64,000 bases of DNA from Cyanophyceae cyanobacterium (GCA_050331735.1 JBHJGN010000007.1:1-64000); one strand, 5' to 3'. Positions 28,297 through 39,299 are shown, counted from the first letter of the stretch. The notes: generated by a model from the letters alone, not told the origin. A program made the numbers and translations.

Positions 28297-30024
28297 TTAC
28301 GGCTCGCTTCTTTGCTCGTCTAGATATCGCGAGGGATATTGGAGGGGCGAGACAACGTTGGAGAACCGCAGAAAATCAGTTAACTGGGAAGCTGCTAGCG
28401 GGCGACTAAAGTAATAACCTTGGACTTCATGGCAGCCGAGACTTTTGAGGTAGTCTAGCTGCTGTTGGGTTTCCACTCCTTCAGCGGTGATGCTGAGGTG
28501 CAAGCTGTGGGCGAGAGCAATTACGGCTCTAGCGATCGCCGCATCTCCAGGATTGGAGGCGACTCCAGTGACGAATGACCGATCGATTTTGAGAGTGTCA
28601 ATCGGAAATTTCTGGAGATAGCCTAACGAGGAATACCCCGTGCCAAAGTCATCTAAAGACAGCGCAATGCCTCGCTGCTTTAACTGCTTTAAAGTCGTTG
28701 TGGCTCGCTCCACATCCTCAATCAGCAGACTTTCTGTGACTTCTAGCTCTAGATAATTCACGTCTAGCTGAGTTTCAGACAGTACGCGATCAACGGTGGC
28801 AATCAAATCCTCTTGCTTGAACTGCTCTGCTGACAGATTAACTGAGACTCGCAGCGCTGGAAGTCCTCGTTTTTGCCAGAGCCGATTTTGACGACAGGCC
28901 GTTTGCAGCACCCATTTTCCAATGGTGACAATAAGACCGCTTTCTTCGGCAATGGGAATAAATTCTGCCGGAGACACTCGTCCTAGTTCCTGGTTATGCC
29001 AGCGTAAGAGGGCCTCTACGGCGACGGTTTGATAGCTAGCCAGGTCTACGCGGGGTTGATATTCTAAAAACAGCTCCCGGCGTTCGAGAGCATAGTTGAG
29101 CTGATCTTTGAGGGCGAGCCGTCTCTCTAGCTTTGTTTTAATCTCTGCTGAGTAAAACTGATAAGTGTTGCGCTCTTGCTGTTTGGCATGATGCACAGCC
29201 GCATCTACATTTTGCAAAAGTTGCTCAACGCTAGTGCCATCAAACGGATAAATGGTGATGCCGATTCTCGCACTGGTCCGAATTTCTCTGCCGTAGAGGA
29301 CGAATGGTTGGATGACGCTGGCCAGAAGCTTTTGAGCAAAAGCATTCAGGTTATCTGCACTCGTTAAGTTAGTGTAAATAATGCCAAATTCAACGTTGCC
29401 AAGTCGAGCTAGTAGATCTGTGTGATTTTTATGAATACTCAAGCGTTGGGCAACCTGCCTCAACAGCAAGTCCCCGACTTGACGACCAAGAGTGCTGTTA
29501 ATATCTTTGAGATTGTCTAGGGACAGGGCGACGATGGCTACCTGCTGATGGTGCTGAACCGAGAGCATCTGTCGCAGGCGATTTTGAAACAGTTCGCGGT
29601 TGGGTAAACCAGTTAACTGATCGAAGTAGGCAATATGCTCGATCACTTCATCCAATCTAGACAACGTTTGGCAAGTATCAGCCATTAACGTCCCGGCTTC
29701 ATCTTCAAAATGAGTCGGCAGGTTGGGTAGGGCTCTCGTGTCAAGATACTTGCGCAGAGATCTGGCGGTCAAAGTAATTGGTTTAAGCAGATTGGAGAGT
29801 CCGGTGAGAGTTCCGGCGGTAGCGATAAGTGTGGCCGCCAGAGATACTCCTATGGTCTGTATCGACATGGATAGAGTCAGCGAACCAGTCACCCAAAAAT
29901 AGATACATACACTCAACAGCGGGATATGAACGCCAATAAAAGTTACTAGAAAGATCTTGCCCCTGTAGGTTTTTGGTCCTAACTGTGAAAGCAAAGAGTA
30001 CAAAGGCAGCTTGCTGCGATTCAT
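28297..30024 (-). CDS. Membrane-anchored GGDEF(degenerate)-EAL protein, likely c-di-GMP phosphodiesterase
   Basis: Two N-terminal TMs, [14 protein letters not shown] site reads GNVEF; EAL motifs [28 protein letters not shown] and QGYYF intact. Confidence 0.92.
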   Translation of the reverse strand: MNRSKLPLYSLLSQLGPKTYRGKIFLVTFIGVHIPLLSVCIYFWVTGSLTLSMSIQTIGVSLAATLIATAGTLTGLSNLLKPITLTARSLRKYLDTRALPNLPTHFEDEAGTLMADTCQTLSRLDEVIEHIAYFDQLTGLPNRELFQNRLRQMLSVQHHQQVAIVALSLDNLKDINSTLGRQVGDLLLRQVAQRLSIHKNHTDLLARLGNVEFGIIYTNLTSADNLNAFAQKLLASVIQPFVLYGREIRTSARIGITIYPFDGTSVEQLLQNVDAAVHHAKQQERNTYQFYSAEIKTKLERRLALKDQLNYALERRELFLEYQPRVDLASYQTVAVEALLRWHNQELGRVSPAEFIPIAEESGLIVTIGKWVLQTACRQNRLWQKRGLPALRVSVNLSAEQFKQEDLIATVDRVLSETQLDVNYLELEVTESLLIEDVERATTTLKQLKQRGIALSLDDFGTGYSSLGYLQKFPIDTLKIDRSFVTGVASNPGDAAIARAVIALAHSLHLSITAEGVETQQQLDYLKSLGCHEVQGYYFSRPLAASQLTDFLRFSNVVSPLQYPSRYLDEQRSEP

Positions 30025-30134
30025 AAGCTAGATTGAGCCATGACAACCAGACAGAAGTGAGGCATGACGATGTTCCCTTCAAGACTTTGACAAAATTTGA
30101 GGTACTTTAACAAATAATAGATTTACTGGCTTAG

Positions 30135-32552
30135 ATGCTATTTAGTCGTTCTGAATTTTGGCAGGGATTGCCGCTTATTCTAGCAGGTCCGATTCTGCGT
30201 CATACCGCCCCTGATACGGTCACGGTTTGGCTTGCTTTGAAAAAGTCATGTCAGGTCACACTCAGCGTTTATTTAACTCAAGGCGATCGCCTCATTCTGC
30301 GATCGCTGCTGACGGGAGTGCGCTCTAGCGTACAGGTAGGGCAGCACTTACACCTTGCTACCATAACAGCTCAATCTGTAAACGGCGAGCGGCTCAAGCC
30401 AGGCAGCCTTTATGCCTACGATCTCCACTTTAAAGCCTTCACCGAACCGGGTTATCGCGGGGAATCAGCTCATCCTCTTCCCCAAGCCTTAGCAAGCCAC
30501 TCCCCCGTGACGGTGAGCTATTTCCCGCATCGGTTACCGACCTTTGCTCTCCCGCCAGAAGATCTCAACCAGTTGCGCCTGGTTCATGGTTCCTGTCGCA
30601 AGCTTCATGGCGGAGGACAAGATGCTCTGCCGCTGCTCGATCCGCTTATTGAGTCTAGCGCTGACGCCCCTGGGGAAAGACCTCATCAACTGTTTCTCAC
30701 CGGGGATCAAATCTATGGCGACGATGTGGCCGATCCGCTACTGTGGATAGCCAGCAGACTCGGCTCAGCGCTGTTGGGATGGGAGGAAAAGCTGCCTGTG
30801 GGAGATCGCTATCGGTCAACGCAGCAGTTAAAGCCCGGGGAACGCGCTTCCGTTGCCAGAAACTGGGCGGGACTAACGGCTATGTTAGAAAACAAAGAAG
30901 AAAAGGCTAAAAGCCACCTGTTTAGCTTAGGAGAATACCTTGCTGTCTATTTGTTAACCTGGTCGCCGATCCTCTGGCTCCCACTGCCTCTAGGAAGAAC
31001 ACTCTATCAGGACTCCAAACGGGCCCAGCACTGGGATCGAGCAGTAGAGACGGTTGAGAAATTTGTTCGCGACCTGTGGCAAGCGAGACGGGCTTTAGCC
31101 AATGTGCCCACCTACATGATCTGCGACGACCACGACATCAGCGACGACTGGTATCTCAATCAAGAGTGGTGTCATCGCGTTCTCGGGAAACCCCTAGGCA
31201 GGCAGGTCGTGCAGAATGGTTTGCTGGCCTATGCTCTGTTTCAGGCGTGGGGCAATACTCCCGAGCAGTTTAGCGGCGATCGCCCAGGGGCCAAGCTGCT
31301 TCGGGCGGTCGAACAGTGGTCTGCTTCAGCCGGAGACGATCGGGCTACCTGGGCAGCGATCGGTCGGTACTTAGGCATGCCTCCCCTCGACGGCGACGGA
31401 TTACCCCAGCTCAAACAAGATGGAGCGGTGCTGGTCCTCGACCGCCACTATGAAGACGGGACGCAGCCCCTCCAGTGGCACTATGCCGTTAGAAGCGCTA
31501 AACACGAAGTGCTCGTTCTCGACACCCGTACCTGGCGCGGCTATCCGACCGCTGAACTTCATACTCCCCCGATGCTGCTGTGTCCGACGGCGTTTCAGCA
31601 CCAGCTTCAAGAGCCTTTGCAGGTAACCAGTCAGCTTAACGAGGCCGGGAAGACGGCGATTGAAGTGACTTTTGTGGTGTTGCCCACCAACTTAGTGAGT
31701 TTATCGGCAATCGATTGGGTGCAGGAGTGGAATTTGCGTAAAGGTAAGGTATTTGGTAACGATGTGGGAGATTCCTGGAATTTCCATCGCCCCGCATTTA
31801 CTCAGCTCCTCGATATCCTCGCTCAGCAGCGCGATCGCGTACTCATTCTATCGGGAGATATTCACTATGGAGCCGTGGTTCGCCTCAACTACTGGTCTCG
31901 TCAGGCTCAAAATTCTGCCGGAGCCTCCTCCGATAGCCTTGAGCAAGCTCAATATCAGGCAGCGCTGGTCGTTCAGTTGACCGCAAGCGCGATCAAAAAT
32001 GCTGAATTTAAGACCTATATTGCCCATACAAAACTGAAATCCTTGCTCCCAGAACCAACGGAATATTGGGTGGGTTGGCAAGAGGCTCCCCAGTTTGAAA
32101 TTGTGGCCATTCCAGGGCGCAGACAGGTGAGAAAAACGGCTGCCCAAGGTCCGACCTGGTTACCGCTCAAACCAATGCGCGGCAACTGGGAATGTGCGTG
32201 GCAGATAGCCGTTAACGACGCCCAAGATTTACCCGACTGGCAGTATCAAATTGAGTGGATCGAGCGAGAAAAAGCGCACCCCCTCTTCTGGGGACAACGC
32301 TCCGTGTCTTCCCATTCCTCAATGCCGAGAATTCTCCGCTTGTTTTCTTGGTTATGGCGCAATCGCTGGCTGCAAGAGGGCCAAGAAGTTGTCGGACGGA
32401 ATAACATTAGCGTTGTTACTTTACAATGGGCACCAGAAGACGATGCTAAAGCCGTTGTTCAAGAAATTTACTGGCATCCGCCCTGGAATCCAACTCGTAT
32501 CGTTAAAAGCCGCTACTGTGCTTCCCTACAGACCAAACAACCGCTTCTGTAA
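30135..32552 (+). CDS. PhoD-like metallophosphatase family protein
   Basis: HGSCRK, TGDQIYGDD, MICDDHDI, LDTRT, LSGDIHY. Confidence 0.85.
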   Translation: MLFSRSEFWQGLPLILAGPILRHTAPDTVTVWLALKKSCQVTLSVYLTQGDRLILRSLLTGVRSSVQVGQHLHLATITAQSVNGERLKPGSLYAYDLHFKAFTEPGYRGESAHPLPQALASHSPVTVSYFPHRLPTFALPPEDLNQLRLVHGSCRKLHGGGQDALPLLDPLIESSADAPGERPHQLFLTGDQIYGDDVADPLLWIASRLGSALLGWEEKLPVGDRYRSTQQLKPGERASVARNWAGLTAMLENKEEKAKSHLFSLGEYLAVYLLTWSPILWLPLPLGRTLYQDSKRAQHWDRAVETVEKFVRDLWQARRALANVPTYMICDDHDISDDWYLNQEWCHRVLGKPLGRQVVQNGLLAYALFQAWGNTPEQFSGDRPGAKLLRAVEQWSASAGDDRATWAAIGRYLGMPPLDGDGLPQLKQDGAVLVLDRHYEDGTQPLQWHYAVRSAKHEVLVLDTRTWRGYPTAELHTPPMLLCPTAFQHQLQEPLQVTSQLNEAGKTAIEVTFVVLPTNLVSLSAIDWVQEWNLRKGKVFGNDVGDSWNFHRPAFTQLLDILAQQRDRVLILSGDIHYGAVVRLNYWSRQAQNSAGASSDSLEQAQYQAALVVQLTASAIKNAEFKTYIAHTKLKSLLPEPTEYWVGWQEAPQFEIVAIPGRRQVRKTAAQGPTWLPLKPMRGNWECAWQIAVNDAQDLPDWQYQIEWIEREKAHPLFWGQRSVSSHSSMPRILRLFSWLWRNRWLQEGQEVVGRNNISVVTLQWAPEDDAKAVVQEIYWHPPWNPTRIVKSRYCASLQTKQPLL

Positions 32553-32898
32553 GGGCCGCAGGCGCTTGGGGAAGGGGGAAGGGGAAAAGGGGGGAGATAT
32601 TTCCCGTTTGTCCAAACTCGCTGCTTTTTGCTCTCTAATCTTTAACTTGTCGCCAGCGTATCAGTTAAGCGCCGATTTTTTTGAGATCTTTAAATTGCTT
32701 TTCATTCTGAAGAGGGACGCAATCCGTTGAATTGTAGACACAAATAGAAATAGGGTGGAATTGAAGGAGCGTACGCCATACAAACGCCGCAATTCAGAAA
32801 ATTTCATCAGCTATCAAAAATCAACAGTTAACAAACTGGCCATTCTATTCCCTAGTAGGAAATTGATTAATCTCTAATTCTTATTCAAATTCTGCACC

Positions 32899-34245
32899 AT
32901 GTCTTATCAATACGATCTATTTGTAATTGGGGCTGGTCCTGGAGGACTGGCAGCCGCTCAAAGCGGCGCTGCTCAAGGTATCCGCGTTGCCGTAGCCGAA
33001 CAGGAAGACATCGGCGGAACCTGTCAAAATCGGGGCTGCATTCCGAAGAAGCTAATGGTGTATGCCGCCGATTTTTTTCTTCACGAGAAATTAGCCACCA
33101 GCTATAGCCTGAGTCACTGCCAACGACAGATTGACTGGCCGCAGTTTATGGCCAAAGTCCATCAGCACCTCGATAACCTCAACGAAACCTACACAGAAAG
33201 GTTGCAGGAAGCCGGGATCGAAATTATTCGCGGTCGTGCCACTTTAGTGAATGCCCATACAGTTCAAGTCGGCAGCAGCGAATTCACAGTTGATAAAATT
33301 CTGATTGCTGTCGGGAGTCAACCCTTCGTTCCTGATAGCATTACCGGAAAAGAGCTAGCAATTACCTCCCGCGAGATGTTTCATCTGCCAGAAATCCCTA
33401 AGCGATTAGCCGTCATCGGTGGCGGCTACATTGGTGTTGAGTTTACCAGCATGATGAATGCATTTGGCTCCCAAGTCACCCTTATGGATACGGACGAGCT
33501 AATTTTGTCGGGGTTTGATAACGACATTCGCTCTAGCGTCCTGAAGGGGCTTCAGGGCCGAGGCGTTCAGTTTTTAGCAGAAACAACCGCCAAGGAAATT
33601 AAGCAGGAAGCTGATGGACTGACGTTGAGTCTCTCTAGCGATACTCAACCCCTTACGGTCGATCAAGTGCTGATTGCGACGGGACGTGCTCCCAACACGC
33701 GAGGGATTGGCTTAGAGAAAGCGGGAGTGAAAGTCGGCGAGAAGGGGGAAATTCAGGTAGACGAGTACAGCCGCACTACCCAAGAGAATATCTTTGCCGT
33801 TGGTGACTGTACGAACCGAGTTCCCCTGACGCCTGTTGCTAAGGCAGAGGGTCAAGCCGTTATCAAAGCCATCCTCGGTCAGCCAAAAACGGTTGATTAT
33901 GAATGGGTAACATCTGCGGTCTTTGCCCGTCCGGAAGCAGCAACCGTTGGCTACACAGAAGCCGCGGCGCGGGAGCAAGGTCGCCAGATTCGCTGCTACT
34001 ATACCGATTTTCAGCCCCTCCTATACAGCCTCACAGATGCCAACGAGTTTACTAACGCGATGATGAAGCTCGTTGTAGAAGGCGAACAGGAGCGCGTTAT
34101 TGGCGTACACATGGTGGGCGAACATGCTGCCGATATTGTCCAGAGTTTGGCGGTGGCGGTGCGTAAAGGCATTACCAAGCAAGATTTTGACAATACGTTT
34201 GCGATTCATCCAACGACAGCAGAGGAGTTTCTGACCCTTGATTAA
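32899..34245 (+). CDS. gor: Glutathione-disulfide reductase
   Basis: IGAGPGG, GGTCQNRGCIPKK, GGGYIGVE, HPTTAEE. Confidence 0.9.
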   Translation: MSYQYDLFVIGAGPGGLAAAQSGAAQGIRVAVAEQEDIGGTCQNRGCIPKKLMVYAADFFLHEKLATSYSLSHCQRQIDWPQFMAKVHQHLDNLNETYTERLQEAGIEIIRGRATLVNAHTVQVGSSEFTVDKILIAVGSQPFVPDSITGKELAITSREMFHLPEIPKRLAVIGGGYIGVEFTSMMNAFGSQVTLMDTDELILSGFDNDIRSSVLKGLQGRGVQFLAETTAKEIKQEADGLTLSLSSDTQPLTVDQVLIATGRAPNTRGIGLEKAGVKVGEKGEIQVDEYSRTTQENIFAVGDCTNRVPLTPVAKAEGQAVIKAILGQPKTVDYEWVTSAVFARPEAATVGYTEAAAREQGRQIRCYYTDFQPLLYSLTDANEFTNAMMKLVVEGEQERVIGVHMVGEHAADIVQSLAVAVRKGITKQDFDNTFAIHPTTAEEFLTLD

Positions 34246-35134
34246 CACAGTCCCTCCCGTCGGCATCGGCGGAACGGTTAACAGCTACCCGTGGACCTGG
34301 GCAGGTCAGTCCTATCAAATTGCGTATGAAACTCGGGGAGAAGGTAGCCCGGTACTGTTGCTGCCCGCCTTCAGTACCGTTTCCACCCGCAGTGAACTAC
34401 GCCGCGTGGCGGAGCGATTATCAGCCAAATATCAGGCGATCGCCCTCGACTGGCTCGGATTTGGCGAGTCGGATCGTCCGCCGATTGAGTATTGCGCCGC
34501 ACTTTACCATCAGCTCCTACAGGACTTTGTTACTCATGTGCTCCCCACTCCTGCGGCAGTCGTAGCGGCAGGACATGCGGCGGGCTACGCGATGCAGCTA
34601 GCTCAATCTCAAGTCTTTACGCGGATTGTGCTAGCAGCCCCCACCTGGCGAGGACCGTTCACGGTCATGGGGGCGCCAGATTGGGTGACTAGTGGGCTAC
34701 GAGAGTTAGTGCGATCGCCTCTATTGGGTCCGACTCTTTACTCTCTCAATACTGCCCCGACATTTCTCCGCACCATGTACGAAAGCCATGTTTATACCAA
34801 CAAAGAGTTACTGACGGCAGATTTTATTGACCAGAAGTATCAAGTGACTCAGCACCCCGGCGGCAGATACGCTCCGGTGGCCTTTGTCACGGGTGCCCTC
34901 GATCCGGTGCAATCCCAGCCCGAGTTTCTGGCGCTGTTTCAGCCGCCTCCAGTTCCCGTGCTAACGGTGATCGCCGAACAAGCCCCCGCCGCTTCTAAAG
35001 CAGAGATGAAGGCAATCGGCTACTGTTCTGGGGTAGAAACCAGAAGACTCCCCGGTGCTTTAGGTCTCTACGAAGAGTACGCCGATGAACTCGCCGATAT
35101 TACTCTAGAATTTCTGGGTCGAGCTAGCTCATGA
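34238..35134 (+). CDS. Alpha/beta fold hydrolase
   Basis: LLLPAFSTVS, LDWLGFGESDRP, AAGHAAGY; overlaps the gor stop codon. Confidence 0.85.
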   Translation: MINTVPPVGIGGTVNSYPWTWAGQSYQIAYETRGEGSPVLLLPAFSTVSTRSELRRVAERLSAKYQAIALDWLGFGESDRPPIEYCAALYHQLLQDFVTHVLPTPAAVVAAGHAAGYAMQLAQSQVFTRIVLAAPTWRGPFTVMGAPDWVTSGLRELVRSPLLGPTLYSLNTAPTFLRTMYESHVYTNKELLTADFIDQKYQVTQHPGGRYAPVAFVTGALDPVQSQPEFLALFQPPPVPVLTVIAEQAPAASKAEMKAIGYCSGVETRRLPGALGLYEEYADELADITLEFLGRASS

Positions 35135-35648
35135 TTCCCTTTCTCTGTCCCGCACCGGACTTCCCTTTCTCGAAGTGTTGACGCTCGTGAATCAAACCGA
35201 CTTAGCCTTTACCTCTGCCCTAGAGCAAGCCCAGTTGATTCGTCAGCGGCAAGTATCGCCTTTAGAAATCACGGAGCTTTATTTAGAACGAATTGAGCGC
35301 CTGAATCCTTCCCTCGGCAGCTTTTTCACCGTCGCCTCCGAGATAGCAATTGCTGATGCTGAAGCCAAAACTGAACAGCTAGCGCAAACGAAAGATTTAA
35401 CTGCGCTGCCGGCGTTTTTCGGCGTTCCTACCGCGATCAAAGATCTGAACAATGTAGCGGGAATGCCCTGCTCCTACGGAGTCCAGGCGCTCAAAGAGAG
35501 TCTGGCTACCGATGATGATGGAGTAGTCATGAAAATGAAGACAGCCGGGTTCATTATTTTAGGAAAGTCAGCAACCTCAGAACGATAACGCGGCTATTCC
35601 CGTCTTCAGCGGAGCAAGGCGGGGCAGGATAGCGGGAAAATCAAGGGT

Positions 35649-35786
35649 TCAATGCCCTTGATTTTTCCAATCATACCGTCTGATTATCTCTCTAATCGCT
35701 TCATTAAGAGACATTTCAGCATATTGGGCAAACTCTTTCACTTTCTCATGCTCCACATCCGAAACTCTTAAAGTCAGTCTTTTCAT
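35649..35786 (-). CDS. Ribbon-helix-helix (CopG/Arc-like) DNA-binding protein, 45 aa
   Basis: Manual translation MKRLTLRVSDVEHEKVKEFAQYAEMSLNEAIREIIRRYDWKNQGH*: beta-strand RLTLRV, helix A, then S-L-N-E-A-I-R helix B. Below the ORF-track cutoff. Confidence 0.8.
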   Translation of the reverse strand: MKRLTLRVSDVEHEKVKEFAQYAEMSLNEAIREIIRRYDWKNQGH

Positions 35787-35819
35787 GACACCGCTGTTAG
35801 TGGTACAATCAGTGTCATG
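35784..35819. promoter_or_regulatory. Divergent control region: 8-bp inverted repeat and extended -10 for a leaderless tnpB transcript
   Basis: CATGACAC (35784-35791) and GTGTCATG (35812-35819); TG-G-TACAAT (35801-35809) ends 7 nt before the tnpB ATG. Confidence 0.65.
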
Positions 35820-37109
35820 TTAACACGAAGAGTCACCTATCGACTGTATCCAACCCGCTCCCAAGCTAACAAGCTACACTGGGCGCGGAAAGCTCACTGC
35901 GACCTTTACAATGCAGCGATTGCTAACCGGAGGACGCAGTACAAACGGTTTGGACATTCAGTAGGTTATTTGGAGCAGCAAAACTCACTGCCAGCCTTTA
36001 AAGAGGTGTGGTACGAATACAAAGAGTTTGGCTGTCACGCTTTACAGGCGACGTTGAAACGAGTCGATTTTGCTTACAAGCGCTTCTTCAAGGGACTTGG
36101 AGGCTATCCTAAGTTTAAAGCTAAGCGATTCTATCGTGGCTGGACTTACCCGTGTAAACAGAGCTGGAAAGCGCATACCAGTGGGGTTAACGGTTCTCTT
36201 GAGCTTCGGGACTTAGGATTAAAGCTCAAGATGCGGGGACAAGCTCGAACCTGGGGAACTCCTAGCACTTGCACAATCTTTTTCCATCAAGGGAGGTGGT
36301 ACGCTTCTATCACTGTCAAATGCCTTCCTGAACGCGATACGGACAGTGGTGCTGTTGGCATTGACTTGGGTTGCAAGGATGCCGTAACGCTTTCTACTGC
36401 CGCCAAACTTTTGCCGAATGCATTCGGCAAAACAACTGGCGGGGGGGAAAAGATAGCTAAGCCAGAGTTCATTAAGGAGGGACAGCGCAAAGTTAAAGCA
36501 GCATCGAAGCGACTGAGGCGTAAGAGAGCGCCCAACCGGAACAAACGCATAAAAGCTTCCCGGCGCTGGAAGCGTGAGAGAGCCAAGGTTTCTCAACTAC
36601 AAAGGAAGGTAGCTCGTCAGCGCGAAGACTGGCTACATCAGATGACCAGCAGCATAGTTAGCCGTAATAGCCTAGTTGCTGGCGAACAGCTCAACGTGAA
36701 GGGCATGACCCGCAAGGGTAAACGCAAGTGCAAACGGGGTTTGAACCGCTCTATCCTAGAGGTCGGGTTTGGCACGATTGGGGGACTGCTTGACTACAAG
36801 CTCAAAGAGGCAGGAGGCATCTACCTTGAGTCGTCTACCCGCACCCTCAAGCCAACTCAGAGGTGTGCTAAGTGCTGGAAACTAACTCCTAAATCTCTTT
36901 CAGATAGAGTTCATGTTTGTCAGCACTGCCAGCATACCGAAGATCGTGACATCAATGCCGCTCAAGTCAACCTGGCTTGGGCAAGGGGGCAGGAACTGTC
37001 CTCTTTATCCGTCGAGTCGCCTAGCTCTACTGATTGTGGAAGCATGAAGCAACTAGGGGCGTTGAAGCGGAAGAAACTCCGTCCTCAGCCGTCAGGCAGG
37101 GCGGGGTAG
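35817..37109 (+). CDS. tnpB: RNA-guided endonuclease TnpB
   Basis: YRLYPT N-terminus, YPKFK, RuvC-I GIDLG, RuvC-II AGEQL, Zn finger CAKC..CQHC, RuvC-III DRDINAA. Confidence 0.95.
   Translation: MLTRRVTYRLYPTRSQANKLHWARKAHCDLYNAAIANRRTQYKRFGHSVGYLEQQNSLPAFKEVWYEYKEFGCHALQATLKRVDFAYKRFFKGLGGYPKFKAKRFYRGWTYPCKQSWKAHTSGVNGSLELRDLGLKLKMRGQARTWGTPSTCTIFFHQGRWYASITVKCLPERDTDSGAVGIDLGCKDAVTLSTAAKLLPNAFGKTTGGGEKIAKPEFIKEGQRKVKAASKRLRRKRAPNRNKRIKASRRWKRERAKVSQLQRKVARQREDWLHQMTSSIVSRNSLVAGEQLNVKGMTRKGKRKCKRGLNRSILEVGFGTIGGLLDYKLKEAGGIYLESSTRTLKPTQRCAKCWKLTPKSLSDRVHVCQHCQHTEDRDINAAQVNLAWARGQELSSLSVESPSSTDCGSMKQLGALKRKKLRPQPSGRAG
36399..36443. repeat. 45-bp palindromic in-frame insertion within tnpB
   Basis: Perfect 24-bp palindrome TTTTGCCGAATGCATTCGGCAAAA flanked by CCGCCA/TGGCGG; encodes AAKLLPNAFGKTTGG between LST and GEKI. 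Confidence 0.65.
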
Positions 37110-38208
37110 TTCATTTAGGCTCTTTACCCTACACAGAACCGAGAGGTTTTCTGCCAACGCGCCATCCCTGGAACTTGGACTATACGGCTGGAGGTTCCAG
37201 TGGCGGAGCCGCCTCAGCCGTCGCGGCGGGGTTATGTCCTGTCGCTCACGGTTCGGACGGCGGTGGTTCGCTGCGCGGTCCCGCTGCCTGCTGTGGGTTA
37301 GTGGGCATTAAACCAGCGAGAGGTCGAGTCTCTCATGCCCCAGTTGGCGATCGCCAAAGCGGGATCTCTTCCGACGGTCCCCTCGCTTGTACCGTTACTG
37401 ATGCGGCGGCCTTACTAGATATCATGTCTGGCTACATTCCTGGCAACCCTTACTGGCTGCCAGAGTCGGAATCTTTTTTAGCAGCTACCCAAACCGATCC
37501 TCAACCGTTACGCATTGCGTTTTCTCTGGCTGTTTCTCCTGTGGGAGAGGCCGCGGCAGAGATTCAGCAGAGCGTTATAGAGATCGTAGAATTACTCGCC
37601 ATGATGGGTCACGTTGTTGAACCGGACTGTCCTGACTTTAGCGAGTTAGTCGAGCCGTTTATTCAGGTTTGGTCTGCTGGCGTGGCCGCTGCTGGTTTGC
37701 CCCTCGAGGCCCTAAGTCCGATGAATGGCTGGATTGCTCAACAGTCTGGACATGCCGGAGAGTATCTTCAGGCCGTCACTAAAATGCAGATTGTCGCGCG
37801 GCAAATCGTGCAGTTTTTCGACGCCGTGGACGTATTGGTGCTGCCGACCTATATGCATCCCCCCATTCGCATCGGGGAATGGAGCCAGCTAGAACCCGAA
37901 GCAACGCTCCGCCAGATTATTCACTGGATTGCTCCCTGTCCGCCCTTCAACGCCAGTGGCCTGCCTGCGATCGCCCTTCCTACTGGTTTCGACTCCCGTG
38001 ACTTGCCCAGGAGCGTTCAGTTGGTCGGCAAACCCGCAGCAGAGTCTACTCTGTTTTCTCTCGCGGCCCAGATTGAGTCCGCTCAACCCTGGAGCCACCA
38101 TCGCCCTGCTGTTGCGGCTTAAGACTCGTCACTCTTGATAATTCCCTTTCCCCTTTACCCCTGTTTCCTCACCCAATTTCTGTATAGTTCCGACACAGAA
38201 TCAGGGAA

Positions 38209-39231
<1,023 letters not shown>

Positions 39232-39299
39232 TCATATTGCAAGCTTACAATTTTACCGTATAACTGGAGACTAGATAAACTAGCTCACAGAATTTTTGA

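Larger units (their letters stand above)
35583..37114 (+). mobile_element. IS200/IS605-family TnpB-only (IS1341-like) element, 1532 bp, no target duplication
   Basis: Boundaries set by amidase continuity. Related subterminal hairpins CCCGTCTT..AAGGCGGG (35599-35623) and CCGTCCT..AGGGCGG (37079-37104); right end GGGGTAGTTCAT. Confidence 0.9.
35187..38122 (+). pseudogene. Amidase-signature enzyme split by a TnpB element (5' part 35187-35582, 3' part 37115-38122)
   Basis: Removing 35583-37114 rejoins ...GKSATSE|LGSLPYTEP... in frame. The catalytic Lys (PTAIKD) is in the 5' part; GGSSGG and GSDGGGSLR are in the 3' part. Confidence 0.9.

Noticed and set aside
35583..37114. TnpB element as an IStron (self-splicing, restoring the amidase mRNA)
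   Set aside because: The 5' part (about 230 bp) holds an RHH ORF and no group I intron core. The element ends in T rather than the terminal G, and the upstream exon does not end in U.
37034..37114. N-terminal 27 aa of the 362-aa ORF as a real amidase start
   Set aside because: This stretch is the element's right end/omega-RNA region read in another frame; amidase homology starts at 37115.
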